This document shows, piece after piece, positions 39,482 to 48,560 of a stretch of DNA of 53,894 nucleotides. Position numbers and translations under genes: made by a program. Where the stretch lies: IMG/VR virus record IMGVR_UViG_3300010293_000478, positions 1 to 53,894 of that record; one strand, 5' to 3'. A model generated the notes under the pieces. The model worked only from the letters and a program-made list of their open reading frames with translations, was not told the DNA's origin and made no database searches. This stretch comes from a virus. Taxonomy: Duplodnaviria; Caudoviricetes. Each line of letters opens with the position of its first letter. Within the stretch, counting starts at the first letter, position 1.

Positions 39482-40210
39482 TTACTTCAACTTCGGGTCG
39501 TTTTCACCCATAGGTCCATAATGTTTCTCGTACAGTTTGAAACGGTTTATAGACCAACTCTCTGATTTGTCAAAGGTCTTCATCAAAGCAGCCACTAAAT
39601 CAACTGATTTCATCTTCTTTTTGATGCAATCGCGAATGAAAGCTGTTTGATTAGGTTGGTCATCTTTCTTCTTTTCAGCCGGGAGTTTAGTCTCCGTTTT
39701 TGGTTTCTCACTCCCCTTAACAGGTTCCGGGGCAACAACCACTCCCAAACATTCAAACATCTTCGTGGTCAAAACTGACACCTCAAAAATGGTCTTGACC
39801 TTGTTTTTGATTGCTTTGAACGAAACATCCTCAGCAACCATGGCTTTCAGTGCCTTAATAGCCTTGTCCGGTTTCTGCCCGGCTGCTGCCTCAATTTTGG
39901 CAATCAATTCGGCTTTAGGATCCTCGTCAGCCTCATCCTCGTCGGCATCCTCGTCAGCCTCATCCTCGTCAGCCTCATCCTCGTCGGTATCCTCGTCAGC
40001 CGCAAAAGGCCACAATTCCAACTCTTCCATGAACTGCCTGACATTATCAGCAATCTCCGGAATGTCGGACTCTTCCAACAAGTCGACCGCTTCCTTAACT
40101 TTCGCTTTCAGAGCATCCTCTTTTACACCAACTACTTTGAGTTTCGGGTCCAGTCCCAATACTTCGTTCAGGCTTTTAGCCACAATTTGCAATTTTTCCA
40201 AAGTTTTCAT
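39482..40210 (-). CDS. Hypothetical protein with acidic DEADE tandem repeats
   Basis: Has its own TGTATAATA motif and terminator; imperfect repeats at ~39920-40000. Confidence 0.6.
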   Translation of the reverse strand: MKTLEKLQIVAKSLNEVLGLDPKLKVVGVKEDALKAKVKEAVDLLEESDIPEIADNVRQFMEELELWPFAADEDTDEDEADEDEADEDADEDEADEDPKAELIAKIEAAAGQKPDKAIKALKAMVAEDVSFKAIKNKVKTIFEVSVLTTKMFECLGVVVAPEPVKGSEKPKTETKLPAEKKKDDQPNQTAFIRDCIKKKMKSVDLVAALMKTFDKSESWSINRFKLYEKHYGPMGENDPKLK

Positions 40211-40317
40211 TTTTTGTGATTTTTAATGATTAATTAGATATTGAAATCTTTTGTTGTCATATTATACAACAACTAATCCTTTTGCTAAAAAATTTGTAGA
40301 AAATTTTACTACCTTTT

Positions 40318-41163
40318 TCACACACCCGTCAGCTTGTCCCACAAAACCACGTGCTCCCGAGTACTATACCGAACATTGTACTTCAATGCCATCTGCACCA
40401 CTGCCGGGCGGTTTATCTCTAATTCAGCCAACGAACCGCCGAGGGGCATTAAAACAATCTGCTGCTTCTTAACCAAACCGGGTTTAAGGAAATCCACCTC
40501 AATTTCTTCCCACTCCGATTCATCGGACACCACAAACTTGAACCAGCTATTCGGCAATAAACTGAGACCTTTGATTATCGCCGGTCTGTATTGGCGGTGG
40601 CGTGGGTTACCGGCATTGCTCAGTTTAGGGCTATTATTCCAACAATCCACCATTTTAGAAAACAACCGGTTTGGGAGTAGGGTACATTCGTTTTCGACCT
40701 CTATATAAGGTTTGAAGGCATACCGCTCCATAAACGCCTGTAAAAAGACTAACAAAGCATTCTGCTGGTTTAAGGGACTACCTCCAGTAAACACTAAACG
40801 TTGACCATCATGCAAACGCTCCGGCAAACCAACCGAATCCATTAATGAAAGCAATTCAGTAATGGTGTACGGGTTGCCATACTTCCAAACCTGCTGCGTA
40901 TCGCACCACCGGCAATTTAGGGTACATTCCTGTAAACGTAAGAATGCTGCAGGAAATCCCACAAAGTTTTCACCCTGAATGGTGTCACAGAAAAATTCAG
41001 ACACCCGCAAAAAAACACCATCCGGGTCAGGAACCCGGACTTTTGGGTGACTCTTAATGATAGTCGTTGGAAACATACTCACAACTTGTTTTAGGGGTTT
41101 CCGACATTTCAATTGAATAAAGGTCCGGGAAGAATGGTTTGAACAATGAGTATATTCTTTCAC
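40318..41163 (-). CDS. queE: 7-carboxy-7-deazaguanine synthase (radical SAM); true start probably near 41076
   Basis: TIQGE, FLRLQECTLNCRWCDT, TGG and SPK motifs. Confidence 0.9.
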   Translation of the reverse strand: MKEYTHCSNHSSRTFIQLKCRKPLKQVVSMFPTTIIKSHPKVRVPDPDGVFLRVSEFFCDTIQGENFVGFPAAFLRLQECTLNCRWCDTQQVWKYGNPYTITELLSLMDSVGLPERLHDGQRLVFTGGSPLNQQNALLVFLQAFMERYAFKPYIEVENECTLLPNRLFSKMVDCWNNSPKLSNAGNPRHRQYRPAIIKGLSLLPNSWFKFVVSDESEWEEIEVDFLKPGLVKKQQIVLMPLGGSLAELEINRPAVVQMALKYNVRYSTREHVVLWDKLTGV

Positions 41164-41428
41164 TCATAAGCTCAACCGTAGGATTTATGTCCGGGAAAAC
41201 CTCATTAAGGTGCCTGTGATCTAAAACATCATCAACAAACGCCTTAATTGGTTTCAATTCATTGTAATCCCTGACAAAACCAACATCATCCAGTTGAAAG
41301 CCTTGCAGGGTCACCTTCAATACATAATTATGCCCATGCAGGCGACCACACGGGTGTCCATCTGCCAAACCAGTCAGTACGTGACTGGCGCTGAAATGGA
41401 ACTCTTTACTAATTCTCCAACGTTTCAT
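41054..41428 (-). CDS. queD: 6-carboxytetrahydropterin synthase
   Basis: FSASH, CGRLHGHNY, LDHRHLN, PTVE and ET motifs. Confidence 0.95.
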   Translation of the reverse strand: MKRWRISKEFHFSASHVLTGLADGHPCGRLHGHNYVLKVTLQGFQLDDVGFVRDYNELKPIKAFVDDVLDHRHLNEVFPDINPTVELMSERIYSLFKPFFPDLYSIEMSETPKTSCEYVSNDYH

Positions 41429-41452
41429 GTTTTATTATTAAAATGTTTCAGT

Positions 41453-41512
41453 AAAAAACCGGGGGTGTGTTAGGGTCCTCACCCCACCGGATTAAAAACC
41501 CGGACCCCCGGT
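41453..41512 (-). promoter_or_regulatory. Branched GC-rich leader ending in a U-tract, upstream of queD
   Basis: ACCGGGGGT/ACCCCCGGT closing stem holding two hairpins, followed by a T tract. Confidence 0.55.
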
Positions 41513-41557
41513 ATAACCAACTCAACCGCATTATTATACAACCATTAATGATTTTCA

Positions 41558-43144
41558 TTAAAAAAAACTTTGTAAATAAGGTTTACCACGTCGTAAATTA
41601 TGCAGAACCCATACGGCATTCATTGGATTGGATTCACCTTCCCTGATAACCAACTCGTTGATTCTCATTATACCGAGTTTCTTTTCCCTGCCCTGTGGGT
41701 CCTGATTCAGTCCAAACATTGCTGTAGCATGAGCGTATTTTCGTTTGTCTTCTGAAAAATTAGACATTTTTAACCACTCCCGATCATAGGCATTAGCATC
41801 CGCCTGAGTAGCTGTAATCAATAAACAATGACGTTCCTGAGTCAAATTACGTAAGGCCTTCCATATCTCATTCTGCTGATGTCTAAACTCAACCCTACTC
41901 TCTGCAACTAACAAATCAGCATAGTCCACAATGATTACGTCGGGAATAAACCCGGATTGTTTCTCCCAAACACTCAGCAACGCCTTCATATTACTTACAG
42001 ACAAAGTACCATTAGCGTGTGTTGATAAAAGGAAATTTCGTTTTTTATCCACAAAAAACTCCTTTACCAATCGGGACGCCTCTCCCGCCATCAACGGATT
42101 GGTTTGTGGTACCTGACTCAACCAAACAGCCCCCCACGCTTTAGTCTGATATTCCTTACAATTAAAACATGGTTTATATTGTGGATTGGTCTGAACCGCC
42201 TCTAATAATTTTTCGTAAGTCATTTTTTGACGTAGATAATTGGGCGACAGGCTGGCAAATGGACCAAACCGACCCTCCCGGACTGGTCTATCACAATTAT
42301 CCAATTGGTTCCAAACACAATCCCGTATCGGTTCATAATGAGCTTGTGTATACTTCTCCCGATCAGACCTCCCGGCTAAATACATGGCAATGCGTCGTAA
42401 TTGGTCACCTTCTGTCATGTCACCGGCTTGAAAAAATACCACTTTCCTACCCTGACTAATCGCCCTAATAGCAAACTCAAGTAACCAAAAGGTCTTGCCT
42501 CTTTTCTCAATTGCCATCAACGCTACAAACTTACCACGAGTTAATTGATGATTCCAAAATTCACCAAGTGCCTTTGGGAATCGCACTAAAGGTTCACCAG
42601 CCTCCTCAAAAGCCCGCTCAACCCTTTCAATAACTTCCGGGTCTGCCATATTCAGAGCCATGCCAGTTTGAGTAGCTAATAGTTTATAACTACTGGCAAT
42701 CTGCTCAGCCTTAATGACTCGTTGTTGTTCGGTTAGAGTAGCATCCAATAAAGTGGATTGAATTTGTTCCGTGAATAAGACTAAATGACGTTCATTAAAG
42801 TACGTCATTGCTGACTCGGTTAGGTAAGGCAGATTTAACCCCTCCTCTAAAAACTCATCACTCAATTCCGGAAGTAGGTCCTCCTCAATCTCCTCTGCTA
42901 ACTCCTTCGGTAACCCGTTCCTGAGTTCGTTGAAGAATATTGACTCAATGTCTTTTCCCGGAGCTTTATCAAACCGGTCGTAATAAGACAAGCACCACAC
43001 CGCCAAACGTTTTGCTACCTTACTTTCCAGTAGGCGAGTATTCCATAAGGGTTTGACCAACTTAATGAAATCGGTGGATACTATCATACCAATAACAATC
43101 CGCCTCTCTATATAACTATTATCAACTGCCATAAGGTTCTCCAT
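41558..43144 (-). CDS. DnaB-like (SF4) replicative helicase
   Basis: KRGKT, IIVDYADL, LITATQ and SED motifs. Confidence 0.85.
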   Translation of the reverse strand: MENLMAVDNSYIERRIVIGMIVSTDFIKLVKPLWNTRLLESKVAKRLAVWCLSYYDRFDKAPGKDIESIFFNELRNGLPKELAEEIEEDLLPELSDEFLEEGLNLPYLTESAMTYFNERHLVLFTEQIQSTLLDATLTEQQRVIKAEQIASSYKLLATQTGMALNMADPEVIERVERAFEEAGEPLVRFPKALGEFWNHQLTRGKFVALMAIEKRGKTFWLLEFAIRAISQGRKVVFFQAGDMTEGDQLRRIAMYLAGRSDREKYTQAHYEPIRDCVWNQLDNCDRPVREGRFGPFASLSPNYLRQKMTYEKLLEAVQTNPQYKPCFNCKEYQTKAWGAVWLSQVPQTNPLMAGEASRLVKEFFVDKKRNFLLSTHANGTLSVSNMKALLSVWEKQSGFIPDVIIVDYADLLVAESRVEFRHQQNEIWKALRNLTQERHCLLITATQADANAYDREWLKMSNFSEDKRKYAHATAMFGLNQDPQGREKKLGIMRINELVIREGESNPMNAVWVLHNLRRGKPYLQSFF

Positions 43145-44390
43145 CCATTATCTCAAAACCACAGGCAACGCATTGCTGCCTGTAAAACTTTTGAAAAAGT
43201 ACGTTTGGGAAAGAATATGCCCGGGCAGTTAAATCGTTAATCCAATCCTGCTCCGACAACCAATCTAAATAATCCATGATCAGTATATCCACCGAAGGGA
43301 TTCCCGGTTGGTTCTTAGCAATTGGTTTTTGATTATCCGAACAATATTGTAGTAAATCCAATAAAGCTAATAATACAGCCCGGTGCTCTTTTACTGGGAG
43401 TCTTGTGTCTTGTATAGCCTTACCATACAACTCCTCCTTAAACCACTTCAATCGTTCCCGACCTACTGACTTAAATACTCGTAGTAAATAGGTTGTAATT
43501 ATTACATCATTATCCTCATTAATTTCTACAACAACATCCGCCTTATGCTTCACCGGGGCAGGGTTTTCATCCAACCAACGTTTACCCTTCAACCAATTCA
43601 CAGCAAGTGGTACTAAAGTGGGGTCCTGCCATTGGTTTGATTGTTTTTGGTCCTTCAAAGCATGCCGAATTTTAGTCCATAATTCCCTACGATAAACTGG
43701 TTTAGTTTTGGTCCAAAGTATATTCCATTCTTTTTCCGTATCAAATTGGCGTTGTTTTCGTGGGTATAGTTTCCAAAATAATTGAAAGGCTGGTATTGTT
43801 TCATCAACCGGGTCGACCAATTTATTAGTATTGGATTGAGTTAACAAATCACAATTTTCTTTTTTTGTTATATTTTTTTCTTTTTTAATATTTTTATTTA
43901 ATATTATTAGGGGCTGATTTCCATAGCATGGTTCCCATATCATGGAAGCCATATTATGGTTTCCATATTGTGGTTGAGTTTCAGGGAGTTCCAAGTCGTA
44001 GTGCTCAATTCCGGGAAAACTAATTGGTTTGAAATTGTTTGGAATGTCAGTATAAGCCCACAACGTTCCAGTGAATTGTTTTGAGTTTTTGTCTTTATAT
44101 CGAATCCTCATTAAGTAACCCAGTTCTTCCAATTCTTTTAGTGACTGGTCAACTGAATTTATTCCTTCTTTCATGCTCAGCCTTAAAGTGGACTTGTAGG
44201 ATGTCCAACCTTCCCGGTTTGATAACAATATGATTAAAACCACCTTAGCTTTACTACTTATAGCGGGGTTTCTTATTAAATCGTTTGGAACCTGTGTAAA
44301 ATCTCCGGTTGGAGAAAGGTTAATACTGTCAGGTAATCGGGTTTTGGTTCTCTGCATGGTGGTGAGGTTTGGTTTTAATTTACAGACCAT
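43122..44390 (-). CDS. Replication initiator (winged HTH, lambda O-like); likely start MQRTK near 44357
   Basis: FTQVPNDLIR, LKELEELGYL and FQLFWKLYPRK motifs; internal iterons. Confidence 0.75.
   Translation of the reverse strand: MVCKLKPNLTTMQRTKTRLPDSINLSPTGDFTQVPNDLIRNPAISSKAKVVLIILLSNREGWTSYKSTLRLSMKEGINSVDQSLKELEELGYLMRIRYKDKNSKQFTGTLWAYTDIPNNFKPISFPGIEHYDLELPETQPQYGNHNMASMIWEPCYGNQPLIILNKNIKKEKNITKKENCDLLTQSNTNKLVDPVDETIPAFQLFWKLYPRKQRQFDTEKEWNILWTKTKPVYRRELWTKIRHALKDQKQSNQWQDPTLVPLAVNWLKGKRWLDENPAPVKHKADVVVEINEDNDVIITTYLLRVFKSVGRERLKWFKEELYGKAIQDTRLPVKEHRAVLLALLDLLQYCSDNQKPIAKNQPGIPSVDILIMDYLDWLSEQDWINDLTARAYSFPNVLFQKFYRQQCVACGFEIMDGEPYGS
43855..43976. repeat. Putative replication origin: four 14-bp iterons plus an AT-rich tract
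   Basis: ccatagcatggttc / ccatatcatggaag / ccatattatggttt / ccatattgtggttg in tandem at 43921-43976, next to a nearly pure A/T stretch. Confidence 0.7.
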
Positions 44391-44699
44391 TTATATATTA
44401 CAATAGGAACACCGGTTCTTTAAATTTTTAATGTTGGACTTAATTGGTAGAGGATAAACTGGCAAAATAGTACAATCACAATCCAATGGACTTTTGTGGG
44501 TCATCCCTCTGGAAATCATTTCCTTAGCAAGTAAATCATGTCGTTGTTTTATTTGATTTGGGTTTACTAATCCTTTCTTGATATAACCACTTATAGAGAT
44601 ACCTTTCTTAATGGTTCCTATAAACATATGCATTTCTACGTGCTCACCTAATAAATGACGGTCACATAATAAAGTCGGATCAATACCCCACATCCTCAT
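44391..44699 (-). CDS. Pyrimidine-dimer DNA glycosylase (DenV-like)
   Basis: MRMW...LCDRHLLGEH.E.H and EMISRGMTHKSPL motifs. Confidence 0.75.
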   Translation of the reverse strand: MRMWGIDPTLLCDRHLLGEHVEMHMFIGTIKKGISISGYIKKGLVNPNQIKQRHDLLAKEMISRGMTHKSPLDCDCTILPVYPLPIKSNIKNLKNRCSYCNI

Positions 44700-45610
44700 A
44701 GTATACTTTTTACAAGGTAATCGGCATCATCCTGTGACATGGCACCGGGGTCACCTTTTATGGTAATTCTCCATGATTTCACCCCCCTGAATCGTAATTC
44801 TTTTACTAATTCATTAGCCTTTCTAATAGCTTGTGGTTCATCGTCGAATAGCACCGGGGCTTTGTTGAAATGCCGCTTAATTTCCCGGACTTGCCGCGGG
44901 GTAAACTCGATACCAAAAGTGGCGGCGGCAATTGGTCCTAATCGCCAAACGTCGGTAATACCCTCAACTATAAGACCAACCCCTCTCCACTGAGTTTGAT
45001 CTCCATATAGTATATGTTTATGGTGGATTATCTCCCGGCTCTTTGGGCATGCCAGATACTTTAATAAGTGGCTGTCAGTAATATCCCTGCCCTGAAAACT
45101 TACATCCTGACCATTCCACTGAATCGGGGCTATTATTCTACGGGCATATGATATAGTACGACCTTCACCATCATCTAACATTGCCACGGGTCCGGCACCA
45201 ATCAAATTCCACTTATTAATAATCTTGTCAGGATCAAAATTGCGCTTTCTTAGGTAGTTTTTATGACTTTCAGTAATTCCCATCAACCCGGATGGTAATT
45301 TATAGGGAGTTTTGCCGATTACATCGGTTGTAATTGACTCTTTTATTAATCTGACCCCACCATATTCCCCGACCATTAAACGGGCGTCACGCTCGCTTAT
45401 TTTAAGCACTGAGGCTATCGCCTTAATTGGTGGTTTCCAACCACACCTCCAGCAATAGAATTGGGCACCATCAAATGTAGCTCCTAAATGAAAACCGGGG
45501 TTACCGGTACAAAAAGGACATGGGGTATTCACCCAGCCCGGACGGCAATGTTTATGCCCTTCGGTTAAGTGAATGACCCCGTTATCCTGATATAAGCTCA
45601 AAACATCCAC
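44696..45610 (-). CDS. DNA primase (zinc finger plus Toprim)
   Basis: CPFC...CWRC, FQGR, IVEGITD, LFDDE and GDPG motifs. Confidence 0.85.
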   Translation of the reverse strand: MDVLSLYQDNGVIHLTEGHKHCRPGWVNTPCPFCTGNPGFHLGATFDGAQFYCWRCGWKPPIKAIASVLKISERDARLMVGEYGGVRLIKESITTDVIGKTPYKLPSGLMGITESHKNYLRKRNFDPDKIINKWNLIGAGPVAMLDDGEGRTISYARRIIAPIQWNGQDVSFQGRDITDSHLLKYLACPKSREIIHHKHILYGDQTQWRGVGLIVEGITDVWRLGPIAAATFGIEFTPRQVREIKRHFNKAPVLFDDEPQAIRKANELVKELRFRGVKSWRITIKGDPGAMSQDDADYLVKSIL

Positions 45611-45616
45611 GACTTA

Positions 45617-46099
45617 TTATACAGAGAAATCAGTCTTTGCCAAAATTGCTGGCATGTTTTGCATAGTTGTCCAAATACTCTTCCACTGCCAGCCCCGGTT
45701 TCTTAATTCCCGGGTCAGGGCACCCCTTGCCATTTTAGGAGCAATGCTTTCCAATTCTTCAAAATTTTCCAGGATGATACGTACCAATTCCTGACACTCA
45801 GCAGGCCATGACTTGACCTCGTCCTGAAAGGTTTGGATTTTATCCTCGTAATTTTCCACTGACATTGCTGCATCTTTCAAGCTGGTGCTCTTGTGCTTCA
45901 TTTCTTGCTTGCAGTAGTTAGTCAAGTGGTTTTGCATACAACGATAAATAAAAGTGGTTGATTTCACCCCTTTTGAGGGGTCAAACCGACTCATGGCCTC
46001 AGTGTAAGCCAGCCCGGCCTCACTAATTAGCATTTCTACATCAATTCCGGTGGTTTTGTTGAATGACCACGCTACCTGATAAATAAGATTGAGTTCCAT
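45617..46099 (-). CDS. Phage sigma-70-like factor
   Basis: Region 2-like EAMSRFDPSKGVKSTTFIY. Confidence 0.7.
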   Translation of the reverse strand: MELNLIYQVAWSFNKTTGIDVEMLISEAGLAYTEAMSRFDPSKGVKSTTFIYRCMQNHLTNYCKQEMKHKSTSLKDAAMSVENYEDKIQTFQDEVKSWPAECQELVRIILENFEELESIAPKMARGALTRELRNRGWQWKSIWTTMQNMPAILAKTDFSV

Positions 46100-46118
46100 G
46101 GTATTTGTTTTAGATTTA

Positions 46119-46173
46119 ACACTGACCCGGTTTCCCGGGTTTCGTCTTAATTTTCAAAGACTCATCAGAGTGT
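46119..46173 (-). ncRNA. Type I hammerhead ribozyme (copy 1)
   Basis: ACACU-CUGAUGA-GUCUU/AAGAC-GAAA-CCCGG/CCGGG-UC-AGUGU: full catalytic core, three stems, GUC cleavage triplet. Confidence 0.92.
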
Positions 46174-46174
46174 T

Positions 46175-48223
46175 TTATTTATAGGAATCTAAAAGATCAG
46201 CGAGCAGTGATTGGTTCTGTTTGTCGTGCCCATCCAAAACCTGTCCTAAAACTACGCGTTTTTTATCTAACAATTCCGCTATTTTCTGCTCAATAGTACC
46301 CTCTGCCAATAGATAGTGGATTGTTACTGCGTTCTTCTGACCTATACGGTGGCAGCGATCTTCTGCCTGAACCAAGTCACCGGGGGTCCATGGTAATTCT
46401 AATATCGCCACGTTGCTGGCTGCGGTCAGGGTTATACCAACCCCGGCGGCTTTTATATTACCCACAAACAATTTAATATTTGGGTCTTTTTGGAACTTAT
46501 CCACAGCCGCCTGTCGGTCGCTAACCGGGGTCGAACCATCTATTTTAACAGCGGTTGGAAATTGTTTCATTAGTGCCTCAATTACAAATTTATGAGTGGC
46601 AAATATGACCAATTTTTCGTCAGTTTCTAAAAAATCCTCAATCCAACTAATAGCCTGTTTTAACTTACCGGCTACTGCTAATTGTTTTAGACCTTCGATT
46701 TCAGCAAGGGTTTGGGCATTGCTGGCTTTTTCTGCAGCAGAATTACCTTTAGTGCTTCTCACATATTGAATAAAGTCCGCTGAGGCCTTTTCATATTCTC
46801 GACGATTATCCAACTCTACCGGAATGTAATTCCAAACTTTGTCAGGGAGTTCAGTGAGCACGTCCTTCTTTAAACGGCGTATCATTATGGAGTCAGTCAA
46901 TTTTTTATGTAGTTCCTGAGTATTAGAACTTCCGTTAAAATTCCAACCATACCCGTTGTTAATTGGGTTGCAATAACGTTGAGCAAACTGCCAGAATGAA
47001 TTGAACAAGGTGGGGTTGATAATACTGATGGCATTAAACATCTCCACCGGTCTGTTTACAATCGGGGTCCCTGACAAGGCTATAAAATGAGGGATGTTTT
47101 TTGCTAACTTCTTAATAGCCTTAGTCCGGTCAGCATTGTTGTTTTTATAATAATGACACTCGTCTGTTATCACCACTTTAGGCATGACCCTTTTTAAAGA
47201 ATCAACCCATGAGGCAAGCGTATCGTAATTAATAATAACAATGTCCTCAATGATTGGTTGAGGAGTACGTCCGGAAAGGATTTGAACTTTAGTGCCCGGC
47301 ATCCACTTACCCACCTCATTTTTCCACGCTGATTTTACGCTGGCTGGTGTTATAATTACTACCGGTCTTAAAGTGGGGTTAGCGGCTAACCAAGTTAAGG
47401 CCTGAGCAGTTTTACCCAATCCCATCTCATCAGCAAGTAATGCCCTACCTTGTTGTTTCTGAATGAACTCAACCCCTTTTATTTGATAGGGTTTCAAAGA
47501 AAGTCCGTTATTGATAGAAAGTTCCTTAATTTCCGGGACTTCTGTAGGTAGTGGTTTTGGTAAGGCTTGTTCTACGTCAGGACGCAGAGTAAAACCAAAC
47601 CCTTTCAAGGCATCCACGTTTTCCTGAGTTAACGGGGCTGTCCAATATTTTACCTCACCCTCAGCATGAAAACGCCGACCTGATAAGGTTTTGACCTGCT
47701 CAACCACTTTATAATCAAAAGGGAATGTGATTTTCACACCATACTCCCCGGTGGCTTTATAAGTAGCTAAAGTCACATATTTTTCCGGTAATTTTTCAAC
47801 GAAAACCGGTTGAACAGGCGCTATCTGTTTAGCGGGATTCATTGGGTGATTGTCAGGTACGAACAATTCGCCTTCGGTGGGGGTGTTACTTTTTACAACT
47901 GATTTTGGAACCCATTGGTCAATCTTTACGTCAGTGATTTTGACTTTCAGACTTTCCAACAAGGCCTCCGAATAACCACCAATCTTATCCCAATCCCAAT
48001 AGTGGGAACCACATTCAGGACCAATACCGAGCACCACGCTTACTGGGTGGGTCAATTGCCTGCCACAAATACAACATATGTTCATTTTCTGACTCTCCAA
48101 AGTACCATGACCATAAAGATACAAGGCTTTGTGGGTCTCCTTCAAAATAATGGCTTTCACTACTACGGGTATTTTATTTTCCCGGGCAAAAACCTTTCGC
48201 AAAACAAATACTTTTGCTTCCAT
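46175..48223 (-). CDS. SNF2-family (HARP/SMARCAL1-like) helicase with N-terminal zinc finger
   Basis: ADEMGLGKT, DECH, SGTP, GVGITLT and QAEDRCHRIGQ motifs; N-terminal CCIC...GIGPEC. Confidence 0.92.
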   Translation of the reverse strand: MEAKVFVLRKVFARENKIPVVVKAIILKETHKALYLYGHGTLESQKMNICCICGRQLTHPVSVVLGIGPECGSHYWDWDKIGGYSEALLESLKVKITDVKIDQWVPKSVVKSNTPTEGELFVPDNHPMNPAKQIAPVQPVFVEKLPEKYVTLATYKATGEYGVKITFPFDYKVVEQVKTLSGRRFHAEGEVKYWTAPLTQENVDALKGFGFTLRPDVEQALPKPLPTEVPEIKELSINNGLSLKPYQIKGVEFIQKQQGRALLADEMGLGKTAQALTWLAANPTLRPVVIITPASVKSAWKNEVGKWMPGTKVQILSGRTPQPIIEDIVIINYDTLASWVDSLKRVMPKVVITDECHYYKNNNADRTKAIKKLAKNIPHFIALSGTPIVNRPVEMFNAISIINPTLFNSFWQFAQRYCNPINNGYGWNFNGSSNTQELHKKLTDSIMIRRLKKDVLTELPDKVWNYIPVELDNRREYEKASADFIQYVRSTKGNSAAEKASNAQTLAEIEGLKQLAVAGKLKQAISWIEDFLETDEKLVIFATHKFVIEALMKQFPTAVKIDGSTPVSDRQAAVDKFQKDPNIKLFVGNIKAAGVGITLTAASNVAILELPWTPGDLVQAEDRCHRIGQKNAVTIHYLLAEGTIEQKIAELLDKKRVVLGQVLDGHDKQNQSLLADLLDSYK

Positions 48224-48266
48224 TGTTTCAAATTTTATGAGGTAGTTAATTTATACCTCTGGTTTA

Positions 48267-48321
48267 ACACTGACCCGGTTTCCCGGGTTTCGTCTTAATT
48301 TTCAAAGACTCATCAGAGTGT
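48267..48321 (-). ncRNA. Type I hammerhead ribozyme (copy 2)
   Basis: Identical 55-nt sequence to copy 1; intergenic. Confidence 0.92.
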
Positions 48322-48323
48322 TT

Positions 48324-48560
48324 TTAAGTTCTTAAATTTAGGAGGACCACCTGCTCCTTATTTGACCACATTCTTACTTTACTCAGCAACTCGTCACAAG
48401 TTTCGGGAAACTGTTTTATTATGTCACTTGCTGATAAATAGGGGTGGCTTATAAAGTGGCATTGCACCTCATCACGAGATCCATTTTTGGTTTTTCTCCG
48501 AGTGGTTATCAAGGCTATGGAATAGCCCTCTGTAGTTTTGATAAACGTTTTTATTTTCAT
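48324..48560 (-). CDS. Hypothetical early protein
   Basis: Stop codon abuts hammerhead copy 2. Confidence 0.55.
   Translation of the reverse strand: MKIKTFIKTTEGYSIALITTRRKTKNGSRDEVQCHFISHPYLSASDIIKQFPETCDELLSKVRMWSNKEQVVLLNLRT

Noticed and set aside
36207-41428. Queuosine tRNA-modification operon or Qat/CBASS defence system
   Set aside because: No QueF/QueA, cyclase or QatA-like ATPase; the TGT-fold gene looks like phage DpdA and is embedded among replication genes.
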